DNA of 64,000 nt from Candidatus Limnocylindrales bacterium. GTDB lineage: Bacteria; Chloroflexota; Limnocylindria; Limnocylindrales; CSP1-4. The notes beneath the pieces are model-generated. The model was not told the origin of the DNA and did not search any database. It saw only the letters and a program-made list of their open reading frames with translations. Below, piece after piece: positions 35,226 through 45,162 of this stretch. The translations under genes and the position numbers were made by a program. The DNA lies in the NCBI GenBank assembly GCA_052038965.1, contig JBQGDI010000058.1:4248-68247 (forward strand), given 5' to 3'. Each line of letters starts with the position of its first letter. Within the stretch, counting starts at the first letter, position 1.

Positions 35226-36521
35226 TCAGCTCGCCGGGACCAGCTCCCGGACGAGCCAGGCCGCCAGGACCCGCGCGCACTCCACGACCTCCGGCAGGGG
35301 GACGGACTCGTCGGCGACGTGGGCGAGGCGCTTGTCCCCCGGCCCGAAGATCACCGTCGGCGTCTGACCCTCGTTCACCAGCAGCCGCATGTCCGCGCCG
35401 TACGGCTCGCCGGCGAATCGCGCCTGGCGCCCCGTCACGCCTGCGGCGACGGCGGCAAGGCCGACCGGCAGCGGGTGGTCGGCCGGCACCTGCGACGACG
35501 AGAACCGGCCGCCGACGATCTCGACCGTCGCCGGGTGCTCGCGCAGGAACGGGTCCGCCGAGCAGGCTGCCTCGATGCACCGCCGGAGGTCGGCCTCGGC
35601 ATCGCGCCAGGTTTGTCCAAGGCGCACGCCGTAGCGACCGTCCGCGACGACCCGATCCATGACCGTCGAGGCCCAGTCGCCGCCGTGGACGATCCCGATC
35701 ATCGTCGCGTACGGCAGGCCGTGGACGGTCATGAGCGGCTGCGTCTCGGACTCGTTCCGGGCGCGCTCGTCGTCCTCGAGGGCGCGCACCAGGACGCCCA
35801 GCTTGTCGAGCGCCGAGACGCCCTCGCGCCGCACCGAGGCGTGGGCCGCCCGGCCGGGCACGGTCAGCCGGAACGTGATCGCGCCCGCATGCGCAATGAC
35901 GATGTCCAGCCCGGTTGGCTCGGTGATGATGGCCATGTCGCCGGTGACGCCCGCCCGGATCGCGGCGAGCATGCCCTGGCCGCCATCCTCCTCGGACGGG
36001 ACGCTGGCGACGAGCACCTCGCCGTCGAGCCGTTCCCGGAGCCCGGCCGTCGTGAGCGCGCGGACGGCCCCGAGGATCGCCGCGACGCCGCCCTTCATGT
36101 CCACCGCCCCGCGACCGAAGAGCCGGACCCCGTCGATCTCGCCGGACCACGGATCATGGCTCCAGGTCGCGGGATCGCCGGGCGGCACGACGTCCACGTG
36201 GCCGACGAGGATCAGCCGGCGGCCGTCCCCACGCCCGGCCCGGCCGAGGACGATCGGCAGCCTGTCGCGGGGCATCTCGGCGCCCGGCCAATCGGGGTCG
36301 TCGCGGGCGAACGCAGCCGGATCGGGCTCCAGGCGGTCGACCTCGCAGCCGATCTCTCCGAGCAGCCCGGCCACGAGATCCTGCACCGCCCCCTCGTCGC
36401 CGGTGACGCTGGGGGTCCGCACGAGCCGCGACAGGGCATCGGTCGCGAAGACCGGGTCGACCGCGTCAGCCGCCCGACGCTCGACCGGCGACAGCTCCGC
36501 GGTGAGGCTCCGGCCGGTCAA
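35226..36521 (-). CDS. M20-family metallopeptidase (ArgE/DapE/succinyl-diaminopimelate desuccinylase-like)
   Basis: HVDVVPPGD...DMKGG...EEDGGQG metal-ligand motifs. Only the TTG at 36521 is available as a start near the conserved N-terminus. Confidence 0.8.
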   Translation of the reverse strand: MTGRSLTAELSPVERRAADAVDPVFATDALSRLVRTPSVTGDEGAVQDLVAGLLGEIGCEVDRLEPDPAAFARDDPDWPGAEMPRDRLPIVLGRAGRGDGRRLILVGHVDVVPPGDPATWSHDPWSGEIDGVRLFGRGAVDMKGGVAAILGAVRALTTAGLRERLDGEVLVASVPSEEDGGQGMLAAIRAGVTGDMAIITEPTGLDIVIAHAGAITFRLTVPGRAAHASVRREGVSALDKLGVLVRALEDDERARNESETQPLMTVHGLPYATMIGIVHGGDWASTVMDRVVADGRYGVRLGQTWRDAEADLRRCIEAACSADPFLREHPATVEIVGGRFSSSQVPADHPLPVGLAAVAAGVTGRQARFAGEPYGADMRLLVNEGQTPTVIFGPGDKRLAHVADESVPLPEVVECARVLAAWLVRELVPAS

Positions 36522-37405
36522 CCCCGGAGGATCGGCCGAGCCATGCAGGTCGGGCCGCCCGAACCGTTGATGCCGATCTCGGTCGCCGGATAGGTGTGGA
36601 TCTCGATCCCGTGGGCCGCCAGGTTTCGGGTCAGGACCGGGTTGCCCTCGGCGATCACGACCACGCCGGGTCGCACGACGAGGACGTTGCCGCCGAGGGT
36701 CGTGAACTCCTCGTCGGCGACCTCGATGAAGCGGTAGTCGAGATCCATCAGCAGCTGCCACAGCCCGACCGGCAGCAGCGGCAGGTACACGACCGCGAGG
36801 TCGTCGGCGATCGGGTGGATGACCGACATCAGGTGGACGAGCTTCTCGTGGCCCCGCCAGTAGGGCACGTCGAAGACCCGGACGTCGCCACCGACCAGGC
36901 CGGCGAGCTGCCGAGCGCCGGGATCGTTCGTTCGCAGCGTCCGGCCGATCACGAACAGGTCCGGTCGGAGCCAGAACGTGTCGCCCCCCTCGGCGGTCCC
37001 CGGCGCCTCGATCCGCCCGATGGTCGGGATGCCGTGCGACTGGGTCCAGCGCTCGATGGCCGCGGGCTCCACCTGCCGGTTCGGCTTGCCAGGGCGCAGC
37101 GGGATCGCGCCGCGATCGGTGATCAGCAGCGGATCGAAGGCGTACACGAGGTCGGGACTGTCGACCTCCTCATCGATCCGGTGCACGCGGACGCCAAGGC
37201 CGGCGAGGATGTTCGCGAACGCGTCGTGCTCGCGCTGGGCGACGTCGAGGTCGCAGGGATGGAAGAAGCCGTGGGCCGGGTTCTCGAAGGCCCGGCCAAA
37301 CGCCGGCCCGGGTCGCTTCAGCAGGACGTCCCGGAGCGGCGCCGTCATGCTCTGGCCGCCGAACGCCATGGCGGTCGATGCCGTCCGAGATTCGAGCGTG
37401 GTCAT
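36518..37405 (-). CDS. Amidinotransferase-superfamily enzyme, dimethylarginine dimethylaminohydrolase (DDAH)-like
   Basis: C-terminal catalytic GGPTCMARPIL motif. Start ATG 37405; alternative ATGs at 37372 and 37351. Confidence 0.75.
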   Translation of the reverse strand: MTTLESRTASTAMAFGGQSMTAPLRDVLLKRPGPAFGRAFENPAHGFFHPCDLDVAQREHDAFANILAGLGVRVHRIDEEVDSPDLVYAFDPLLITDRGAIPLRPGKPNRQVEPAAIERWTQSHGIPTIGRIEAPGTAEGGDTFWLRPDLFVIGRTLRTNDPGARQLAGLVGGDVRVFDVPYWRGHEKLVHLMSVIHPIADDLAVVYLPLLPVGLWQLLMDLDYRFIEVADEEFTTLGGNVLVVRPGVVVIAEGNPVLTRNLAAHGIEIHTYPATEIGINGSGGPTCMARPILRG

Positions 37406-37506
37406 CGCCGAAGGATATCGACTCGGCTCACCTCGCCACGCGCCGCGCCACAGCGCGCCCAGCAGCGCGTCACATACGCCGGGAGGACGCTGGAGGGTCC
37501 GTTTCG

Positions 37507-40500
37507 ATGGCAGGCCGGTGGCGGCGTCTCGGGGATCGTGTCCCGTCGGGTTCGATCGGCAAGGCGGTGGTCTCCGTCTCGGTCGTCGCCCTCGTCGGCA
37601 TTTTCCTCGTCCAGGTCTCCGGCGGCCCGATCGCGAGCCCGTCCGCCTCGCCCGGCGCGAGCCAATCGGCCGCGAGGCCGACCGCGTCGCCGCGGCCTCC
37701 CGCCTCACCCCTGCCTCTCCCGACCCCCGGCGCGAGTCCCGAGCCCTGGGAGGACTTCGAGCTGCCCGCTGCCCTGCTCGTCGCCGAGCTCAGCCCGACG
37801 GCCAGCGACACGGCCGGCGTCAAGGTCGGCTCGGGGTTCAGGCTCCGCAGCCTCGACGGCACGCCCGCGGTTGCGCTGGCCCGTGGCCTCCAGAGCCAGC
37901 CCGCGGTTGCACTCAGCATCCAGCCCGGCGAGTCGGACGACGTGGCGATCTTGACGCCGGCCGTCGCCCTCGATCCCGGCGCGACCTACCGCTTCCGCCT
38001 GTTCTCCCCGGACGGCGCGCTCGGCGGCTCGTGGGCGTTCCAGACTCAGCGGCCGGTGCACGTCACCGGGACGCTGCCCGGGGACATGGAGACCGCCGTT
38101 CCCCTCACGACGGGGATCGAGGTCACCTTCGACCAGGACGGAAGCACGGACATCGCCGCCCACTTCCGGATCGAGCCGGCGGTCGACGGCCGCTTCGAGC
38201 AGCACGGTCGGACCTGGGCCTTCGTGCCCGAAACTCGGCTCCGCGCCGCGACCGCGTATCGCGTGACGATCACCCGCGGCGTTGCCCTCGAAGGCTCCGA
38301 CCAGGTCCTCGAGGACGACGTGTCGTTCCGGTTCGAGACCGCCCGGGCGGGCACCCCCGTCCGCGAGTTCGCCCTGCAGTTCGAGAGCCCGCTGATGGCC
38401 CTCCGGCCGAGCGATCGCGTGGCGCTGCCGATCGCCCATGACGACGACGACGAGGAATGGGCGGTGTCGTGGCCGACGAGCCTGCCGGTCGAGGTCTACC
38501 TGCTGCCCAACCGCGCCGCGACGATCGATGCGGCGACCCGGCTCACCGGCCCCGACAGCTGGCTGCGCGCCTCCGGGGCGGGCCTCGTCCCGACCTCCGA
38601 CCTGCAGCGGGTTGCCCGAGTCGACGCACCGATCGCCCGTGGCCGGGACGATTCGCCGTCGCTCTTGATGGTTCCCGTCGACCTCGATCCGGGCGCCTAC
38701 GTCGTCGTCGTGCCGCGCGAGCGTGGACCCGTCCAGGCCCTCCTCCAGATCAGGAACCTGGGGGCCTACGGGCTGTCGACCGACACCCGGTCCGTCGTCT
38801 GGGTTCACGACCTCCAGAGCCTCGATCCCGTCGGCGGCGCCGTCGTCGCAACGGCCGACGGCCGCGAGCTGGCGCGAACGGCTGCCGATGGATTGGCGGA
38901 CTTCGCGACCCCGCCCGCCCTCGTGCCGCAGGCACCGGACGAGGAATGGACGCCGTGGCCGACGGTCATCTCCGTCACGACGCCCAGCGGCCGCTGGCTC
39001 GTCGTCGCCCTCGGCATCCGGACGAGCTACTGGACCTCGTACCTGAACAACCGGCCCTCGAGCGCCGACGAGCCAATGAACCGGTGGTGGCTCCTGCTCG
39101 AAACCGATCGCGACCAGTACCGCCAGACCGACACGATCCGGGCCTGGGGGTTCGTCCGGGAGCGCTCCGACCGGAGCGTGCCCGTCGACGTCGAGCTCCG
39201 ACTGTACCCGGAGGACGGCCTGGGCGACGCACCGCTGGCCAGGGTTTCCGTCCAGCCAACCGCGCAGGGCGTCTTCCTCGCAGAGCTCCCGATCGCGTTC
39301 CTGCCGATGGGCGACTACGCGCTTGGCCTGTTCGTCGGTGATCGAGAAGCGTCCACGACCTGGCTCAGCGTGAGCCAGATCCGGAAGCCGAGCTACCGCC
39401 TCGACATCGCCACCGACCGGCTCGTCTACCTCGACGAGGATCGGATCTCGGTGACGATCCACGCGACGTTCTTCGACGGCACTCCCGTCCCGAATGCCGA
39501 GCTGCGCGTCCGCACCGGCAGCTGGAGCGACGAAGACCGCGATCAGACCGTCGCGGTCACGACGGACGCGCTCGGGGTGGCCCGCGCCGCCGTCACCGCT
39601 CGGTACGGGAACAAGCGTCGAGAGGGCTGGGATTACCAGTTCGTGTACGTGCGGCCGGTGAACCCCGAAGAGGGGTCGATCCAGGGCGAGGACCAGGTCA
39701 TGGTCTTTCCCTCCAAGGCCTGGCTTGCCGCCGACGCCGAGCTGGACGGGACGAACCTCGAGGTCGCTGGCCGGTTGACCCGTGTCGACTTCGACGCGGT
39801 CCAGGCCGCGCTCGCCGATGGTTCATGGGACTGGGACGCCGACCCGTCTGGTCGCCCGATCGACGCTGCATCGGTTCGGGCCACCGTGATCCAGCACGTC
39901 ACGACCCGGCGCCAGGTCGGGACCACCTACGACTACATCGAGAAGGTCGTCGTCCCGATCTACCACTACGACACGGTGGAACGGACCGTCGGCACCTACC
40001 AGGCCACGACACGATCGGACGGGTCATTCCACCTCGCCGTTGACGTCCCGAAGGCGACGGACGACTACACGGTCGTCCTCCGCTCGGCCGACGGCGCCGG
40101 ACGGCCCATCCAGCTGGAGACTTGGGCTCAGCCGAAGATCCGGCCCGCGGCCCGTTTGCAGCCGTCCTACCTCGGCACGTATCCCACCGGCTGCGGGGGC
40201 GTGCCCGACCACGTCGTCGGGCTCGACCAGACCGCGGTGCTCACGCTGCATGACGGCGACGGGCGCGTCGCGGACGACGGCCGGTTCCTGTTCCTCGTCG
40301 GTGCCCGAGGCCTCGTCGATGCCCAGGTCAGCGCCGGCTCGACGTTCCAGCGAACCCTCCGCAGCTCGGACCTGCCTGGCTTCACGGTCCGGGCGGTCCA
40401 GGTGACGGAGGTCGGCTACACGGTTGCGGACGTCGGCGTCCGCGTCGACCAGGACGACATGCGGCTGACGGTCCGCCTCGCCCCCGACCACGAGGCCTAC

Positions 40501-42597
40501 CGCCCGGGTGGCACCGTCACGCTCGGCGTCACGACCCTCGGGCCGGGCGGCGATCCCGTGGCGGCGGAGGTCGTCCTGCAGGCCGTCGACGAGAAGCTGT
40601 ACGCGATCGGGGCGGCCCACGTGCCCGACGTCCTGCCATGGCTGATGCGGGAAGTCGGTGATGGATTCCTGCAGGCGACGGCGTCGCACTCGGCGACGCG
40701 CACCTACGAAGGTGGCTGCGGCGCGACCGGCGGGGACGGCGAGCGCGAGGACTTCGAGGACGTGGTGACCTTCCAGCTGGTCCGGACGGGGGCTGACGGG
40801 CGGGGCACCGCTACGTTCAAGCTGTCCGACGACCTCACGAGCTGGCGTCTCACCGCGACGGCCATCAGCGGCGACCTCCGGGCCGGCAGCGGCACGACCC
40901 TCGTCCCGGTCACGCTGCCGTTCTTCGTGGAGGCCGTGCTGGCGCCCGACTACCTCGTGGGAGAGCAGCCGGTCCTGCGCCTGCGGGGGTTCGGCACGAG
41001 CCTCGAGGCGGATGATCCGGTGCGCTACACGGTCGCGGCCCCGAGCCTCGGCCTCACCGACACGACCGTGCAGGGCCGGGCCTTCACCGCGGCCCGCATC
41101 CCGTTGCCCGCCGTCACCGCGGGCGACCACCGGATCACGATCACCGGCCACGGACCTGACGGGCTGACCGACACCCTCGTCCGGGTCGTCCGGGTCGTCC
41201 CGAGCCGGCTCGCCGGCATCAACACCCGCTACGACCTGTTGGACGCCGGCTACGAGCCCCCGGGTGGCGAGGGCTTGACGCACTACCTGGTGGTCGATGC
41301 AGGGCGCGGCTCACTGGTCCCGCTCCTCGAGGAGCTGGCATGGACCCGCAGCGCTCGTTTCGATCGGGCTCTCGCCGCCGAGGCAGCGCGTCAGCTCCTG
41401 ATCGACGAGTTCGGGTTCGATCCGACGACGCTGCCGGAAACGGGGTTCGACTCGTCCGCCTATGACCACGGCCTCGTTGCGCTGCTGCCGTACGGGTCGG
41501 GCGATCTCGAGCTCACCGCGCTCGCGGCGCTCGTCGCCCCGGACGACGTCAGCCCGGACGGGCTCCGCGCGCGGTTGGGCCGGGACGACGATGGCGAGGA
41601 TGGCGGGCCACTGACGCGCGAAGCCCGAATCATCGCCCTGGCGGGCCTCGCCGCGCTCGGCGACGACGTCCTGGCCGAGCTCCGGACCATGGCCTCGGAG
41701 CCGCTGACCGTTCGCGAGCGCCTGTGGCTCGCGCTGGGGATCGCGGCCTCCGGCGACGAGAACGGCGCCCGGGCGATCGAGCGGGCCCTGCTCGATACCC
41801 ACGGGCAGCGGCTCGGGCCGTGGGTCCGGCTGGAGGTCGGCCATTCGATCGAGGACACCCTCGAAGCCGCCGGCCTGCTGCTGGTCCTGAGCGCCCGTCT
41901 CGGCGAGCCGTTCGGGCGGGATGTCGCGCGGTACCTCGCCGATCACCCATCGCGCGAGCGATCGTTCGCGCTGCAGGAGCTGGCCTACGCACAATCGGTC
42001 GCGGAGCGGTCGCCGCGGACGGCCACCCGCTTCGCGTGGACCGTGGCGGGCGCGCGCCACGAGGTGGATCTCGCCCCGGGCCGCTCGTTCACCGTGGTGC
42101 TCTCGGCCGCGCAGCGCCAGGGGTTCCGCCTGGAGCCGCTCGCCGGCGAGCTCGCCGTCGTGAGCTCCTGGGAGGGAGATCTCGACCCGATGCCAGGCGG
42201 GACACTTGCCCGGATTGCACGAAGCGTAACGCCCGCCGGCGACGTGGCGGAGGATGCCCTCGTCCGCGTGTCGATCACGGTGGAGTTCGGGCGGCTGGCG
42301 ACCGCCGGCTGCTGGCAGATCACGGATCTCGTGCCGTCGGGCTTGGTCCCGCTGTCCTACGGCGAGGCCGAGTACGAGGACGAGGAAGATCCATCAGGAT
42401 CCCGCGAGTGGCCGTATGCCATCGAGGGTCAGCGGGTCTCGTGGTGCATGTCGGTGGACAATCCCTCGCGTCGGGTCGACTACCTCGCCCGCGTCGTGTC
42501 GCCCGGCACGTTCACCTGGGAGCCGGCGATCATCCAGGCGGTCGACGCGCCGGAGATCGGGGCGGCGACGGAGGCGACGACGTTCAGGATCCGCTAG
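37507..42597 (+). CDS. Alpha-2-macroglobulin-family large extracellular protein (1696 aa) without a recognisable CxEQ thioester
   Basis: ATG 37507 with GGAGGG RBS. N-terminal TM/signal anchor, many MG/Ig-like repeats, bait-region-like VLQAVDEKLYAIG and a C-terminal A2M receptor-like region. No C-x-E-Q seen in the translation. Confidence 0.8.
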   Translation: MAGRWRRLGDRVPSGSIGKAVVSVSVVALVGIFLVQVSGGPIASPSASPGASQSAARPTASPRPPASPLPLPTPGASPEPWEDFELPAALLVAELSPTASDTAGVKVGSGFRLRSLDGTPAVALARGLQSQPAVALSIQPGESDDVAILTPAVALDPGATYRFRLFSPDGALGGSWAFQTQRPVHVTGTLPGDMETAVPLTTGIEVTFDQDGSTDIAAHFRIEPAVDGRFEQHGRTWAFVPETRLRAATAYRVTITRGVALEGSDQVLEDDVSFRFETARAGTPVREFALQFESPLMALRPSDRVALPIAHDDDDEEWAVSWPTSLPVEVYLLPNRAATIDAATRLTGPDSWLRASGAGLVPTSDLQRVARVDAPIARGRDDSPSLLMVPVDLDPGAYVVVVPRERGPVQALLQIRNLGAYGLSTDTRSVVWVHDLQSLDPVGGAVVATADGRELARTAADGLADFATPPALVPQAPDEEWTPWPTVISVTTPSGRWLVVALGIRTSYWTSYLNNRPSSADEPMNRWWLLLETDRDQYRQTDTIRAWGFVRERSDRSVPVDVELRLYPEDGLGDAPLARVSVQPTAQGVFLAELPIAFLPMGDYALGLFVGDREASTTWLSVSQIRKPSYRLDIATDRLVYLDEDRISVTIHATFFDGTPVPNAELRVRTGSWSDEDRDQTVAVTTDALGVARAAVTARYGNKRREGWDYQFVYVRPVNPEEGSIQGEDQVMVFPSKAWLAADAELDGTNLEVAGRLTRVDFDAVQAALADGSWDWDADPSGRPIDAASVRATVIQHVTTRRQVGTTYDYIEKVVVPIYHYDTVERTVGTYQATTRSDGSFHLAVDVPKATDDYTVVLRSADGAGRPIQLETWAQPKIRPAARLQPSYLGTYPTGCGGVPDHVVGLDQTAVLTLHDGDGRVADDGRFLFLVGARGLVDAQVSAGSTFQRTLRSSDLPGFTVRAVQVTEVGYTVADVGVRVDQDDMRLTVRLAPDHEAYRPGGTVTLGVTTLGPGGDPVAAEVVLQAVDEKLYAIGAAHVPDVLPWLMREVGDGFLQATASHSATRTYEGGCGATGGDGEREDFEDVVTFQLVRTGADGRGTATFKLSDDLTSWRLTATAISGDLRAGSGTTLVPVTLPFFVEAVLAPDYLVGEQPVLRLRGFGTSLEADDPVRYTVAAPSLGLTDTTVQGRAFTAARIPLPAVTAGDHRITITGHGPDGLTDTLVRVVRVVPSRLAGINTRYDLLDAGYEPPGGEGLTHYLVVDAGRGSLVPLLEELAWTRSARFDRALAAEAARQLLIDEFGFDPTTLPETGFDSSAYDHGLVALLPYGSGDLELTALAALVAPDDVSPDGLRARLGRDDDGEDGGPLTREARIIALAGLAALGDDVLAELRTMASEPLTVRERLWLALGIAASGDENGARAIERALLDTHGQRLGPWVRLEVGHSIEDTLEAAGLLLVLSARLGEPFGRDVARYLADHPSRERSFALQELAYAQSVAERSPRTATRFAWTVAGARHEVDLAPGRSFTVVLSAAQRQGFRLEPLAGELAVVSSWEGDLDPMPGGTLARIARSVTPAGDVAEDALVRVSITVEFGRLATAGCWQITDLVPSGLVPLSYGEAEYEDEEDPSGSREWPYAIEGQRVSWCMSVDNPSRRVDYLARVVSPGTFTWEPAIIQAVDAPEIGAATEATTFRIR

Positions 42598-43765
42598 TGA
42601 TGGCGGGCGCGGCGAACCGGGCCGGGGAGAACGCGGGGTCGATCTCGGCCGCGCGCCCGAGCACGAGGTCTGCGACCTGGCGGGCCGACGCCGGGCCGCA
42701 TGAGATGCCCCACGGGCCGTGCCCGGAGGCGATGTAGAGGCCGTCGGTCCACGGAACGGTGCCGACCACGGGCCGACCGTCGATCGACGCGGGGCGGGCG
42801 CAGGCCCGGACCTCGCGGATCGGGGCGTCGACGATTCCCGGCACGAAGGTCATGGCGTTTTCCAGCAGGGGCTCGATCCAGCTGGGCGGGTCCGGCTCGC
42901 GCGACAGGAACGTCGAGCCGACCGCGGATGCACCGCCCGCCGTGATCAGGCTGAAGTTCGGAGCGGGATCGCCGGCGTCTGCCCGCGCCTCCTGACGCAC
43001 CGCAGCCTCGCCGGTACCGAGGGCCTCGTCCATCTCGGCCTCCTCGAGGACGTGGTGCGGCGGGTCCGCCAGGAGCGTCTCGACGACCACGCCCCAGCGG
43101 TGCTCGATGGGTCGCCACGCGCCACCGGGGTCGACGAGCTCCGGCGACCACGGGCCGGCCGCCACGACGACCGCGCCCGCAGGTTCGACCCGACCCGCGA
43201 CGGCCACGCCCGTGCAGCGATGGCCGTCGATCACCGGCCGAGCCTCGTGGCCGAGCCGGATCGAGACGCCGCGGCGCTCGGCGAGCGTCGCGAAGGCGTA
43301 CGTCGGCGCGGAGGGCACCACCGGATAGCCGATCGCCACGCGGCAGGCCACGACGTCCGGCGCGAGGGACGGCTCGAGCGCCCGAAGCGCGGGGCCCTCG
43401 ACGACCTCGGGCGAGATGGCCGGGAACGCCGCGCCGAGGTGCGCCGCCAGGACCCGAACAACCCCTGGGTCATGGGATACCAGCAGTAGCCCCGCCGGCG
43501 GAGCGTCGAAGTCCGCGATCCGCCAGCCGACCTCGGCCTGGGCGCGGCGAAAGTGCTCGCGGCTCTCCTCGAAGAGCGGCACGATGACCGGGTCGAAGGC
43601 CGGTTGGATGACGCCCGAGTTGCGACCGGAGGCTCCGGCCGCCAGGGCCTCGCGTTCGTAGAGGGTCACCCGCGCACCCGCCTCGGCGAGGAACGTCGCG
43701 GTTGCGGTGCCGACGATGCCGCCGCCGATGACGGCCACGTCGGGTGTCGTCACGCCGGCAGTCAC
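42584..43765 (-). CDS. FAD-dependent oxidoreductase (DAO family; glycine/D-amino-acid oxidase-like)
   Basis: N-terminal dinucleotide motif VAVIGGGIVG. 12 nt downstream of the class-V aminotransferase gene. Confidence 0.8.
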   Translation of the reverse strand: MTAGVTTPDVAVIGGGIVGTATATFLAEAGARVTLYEREALAAGASGRNSGVIQPAFDPVIVPLFEESREHFRRAQAEVGWRIADFDAPPAGLLLVSHDPGVVRVLAAHLGAAFPAISPEVVEGPALRALEPSLAPDVVACRVAIGYPVVPSAPTYAFATLAERRGVSIRLGHEARPVIDGHRCTGVAVAGRVEPAGAVVVAAGPWSPELVDPGGAWRPIEHRWGVVVETLLADPPHHVLEEAEMDEALGTGEAAVRQEARADAGDPAPNFSLITAGGASAVGSTFLSREPDPPSWIEPLLENAMTFVPGIVDAPIREVRACARPASIDGRPVVGTVPWTDGLYIASGHGPWGISCGPASARQVADLVLGRAAEIDPAFSPARFAAPAITSGS

Positions 43766-43777
43766 GGCCGGCGGGTG

Positions 43778-45052
43778 CTAGACGACGGCCGGCGCGGCCG
43801 GCTGCTGGCCGCGCGACCCGGCGATGGCGGCGAGCTCCTCGACGAGGCGCGCGACCTCGCCGCGGGTGTTGTAGTGCGTCCGCCCGATCCGGACGACGCC
43901 GTCCGGTGCGAGGCCCAGGCGCTCGCTCAGCCCGGTCGCGTAGAAGTCGCCGTCCCAGACCGCGATGCCGCGCTCGCCGAGGAGGGCCGCGACGGCTCGC
44001 GGCGCCAGGCCGTCGAGCGTGATCGCCGCCGTGGGCGTGCGCCGTTCGAGGTTCGCGTCGCCCCGGAGCCCGACCAGCCGGACGCCCGGGATCGCCTCGA
44101 GTCGCTCCTCCAGGCCGGCATAAAGCTCGAGCTCGTAGGCGCGAATCGCGGTCATCCCCGCGACGAGACGCTCCCGCCGGGGGGCGCCGGCCGCCGCGCC
44201 GCCGTATCGCGACCCGAGCTCGGCGAGGTACTCGACTGCGGCGAGCGCCCCCGCCTGGCCCTCGAAGTTGCCGGTCCCGGTCTCGAAGCGGTGGCTGGCC
44301 GGACGGACCTTGTACGCCGGCAGGCGCTCGAGGACGTCGCGACGCCCGTACAGCGCCCCGAGGTGCGGGCCGAAGAACTTGTAGACCGAGCAGGCGACGA
44401 AGTCGGCGTCGGCTGCCCGCGCGTCGAGCGGCAGGTGCGGCGCCGCGTGGACCGCGTCGACGAACAGCCATGCGCCAGCCGCATGGGCCCGGCGGGCGAT
44501 CTCGGCGACCGGGTTGATGGTGCCGACGGCGTTCGAGGCCCAGCCGACCGCGACGAGCCGGGTCCGGTCGGTCAGGACCCGGTCGAGCTCGGCGAGGTCG
44601 AGCGTGCAGTCGTCGAGCCGCGGCTCCCAGGTCCGGACCTCGAGTCCCCGGTCGGCCGCCATGGCGAGCCACGGGTCGACGTTCGCCTGGTGGTCGAGGC
44701 CGGTCACGACGACCTCGTCGCCGGGCCGCAGGGCGGCTCCGATCGAGCGCGAGACGTGGAACGTCAGCGTCGTCATGTTCGCGCCGAGGGCGATCTCGTC
44801 GGCGTCGACGCCGAGCAGGTCGCCGATCGCGGCGTGGGCCTCGTCGACGATCGCATCGGAACGGATCGAGGTCGGGAACGCGCCGCCGTGGTTGGCGTTC
44901 GATTCGCGGTAGTAGCGAGCCACGGCGTCGATGACCGATTCGGGGACCTGCGTCCCGCCGGGCCCGTCGAAGAAGGCGATCGGGCGGCCATCGTGCCGCA
45001 ACGTCAGGGCCGGGAAGCGGGCGCGGATCGCCGCCACGTCGAACTCGGGCAT
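43778..45052 (-). CDS. Class-V aminotransferase (cysteine-desulfurase/SufS-CsdA-like)
   Basis: MPEFDVAAIRARFPAL start, PLP-lysine region SVYKFFGP, about 425 aa. Confidence 0.8.
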   Translation of the reverse strand: MPEFDVAAIRARFPALTLRHDGRPIAFFDGPGGTQVPESVIDAVARYYRESNANHGGAFPTSIRSDAIVDEAHAAIGDLLGVDADEIALGANMTTLTFHVSRSIGAALRPGDEVVVTGLDHQANVDPWLAMAADRGLEVRTWEPRLDDCTLDLAELDRVLTDRTRLVAVGWASNAVGTINPVAEIARRAHAAGAWLFVDAVHAAPHLPLDARAADADFVACSVYKFFGPHLGALYGRRDVLERLPAYKVRPASHRFETGTGNFEGQAGALAAVEYLAELGSRYGGAAAGAPRRERLVAGMTAIRAYELELYAGLEERLEAIPGVRLVGLRGDANLERRTPTAAITLDGLAPRAVAALLGERGIAVWDGDFYATGLSERLGLAPDGVVRIGRTHYNTRGEVARLVEELAAIAGSRGQQPAAPAVV

Positions 45053-45123
45053 GAGCCGATCGTAGCCGGTCCCCCCACGACGCGGACGCCAGGGCATGGG
45101 GGTCGCATCGATCCGGTGGGTAG

Positions 45124-45158
45124 TTGACCGATCAACGACCTTCGCCGTACGATCAACG
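45124..45158. promoter_or_regulatory. Two copies of CGATCAACG 21 bp apart (first inside the imperfect palindrome GTTGACCGATCAAC) in the divergent marR / aminotransferase promoter; candidate MarR operator
   Basis: Read directly: tagTTGACCGATCAACGacc ttcgccgta CGATCAACGgcg cATG(marR). Confidence 0.4.
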
Positions 45159-45162
45159 GCGC

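Noticed and set aside
37507-42597. Thioester (CxEQ) site in the A2M-like protein
   Set aside because: Searched the translation; only GGCGATGG-type cysteine contexts are present, no C-x-E-Q. Retained as a finding rather than annotating a thioester.
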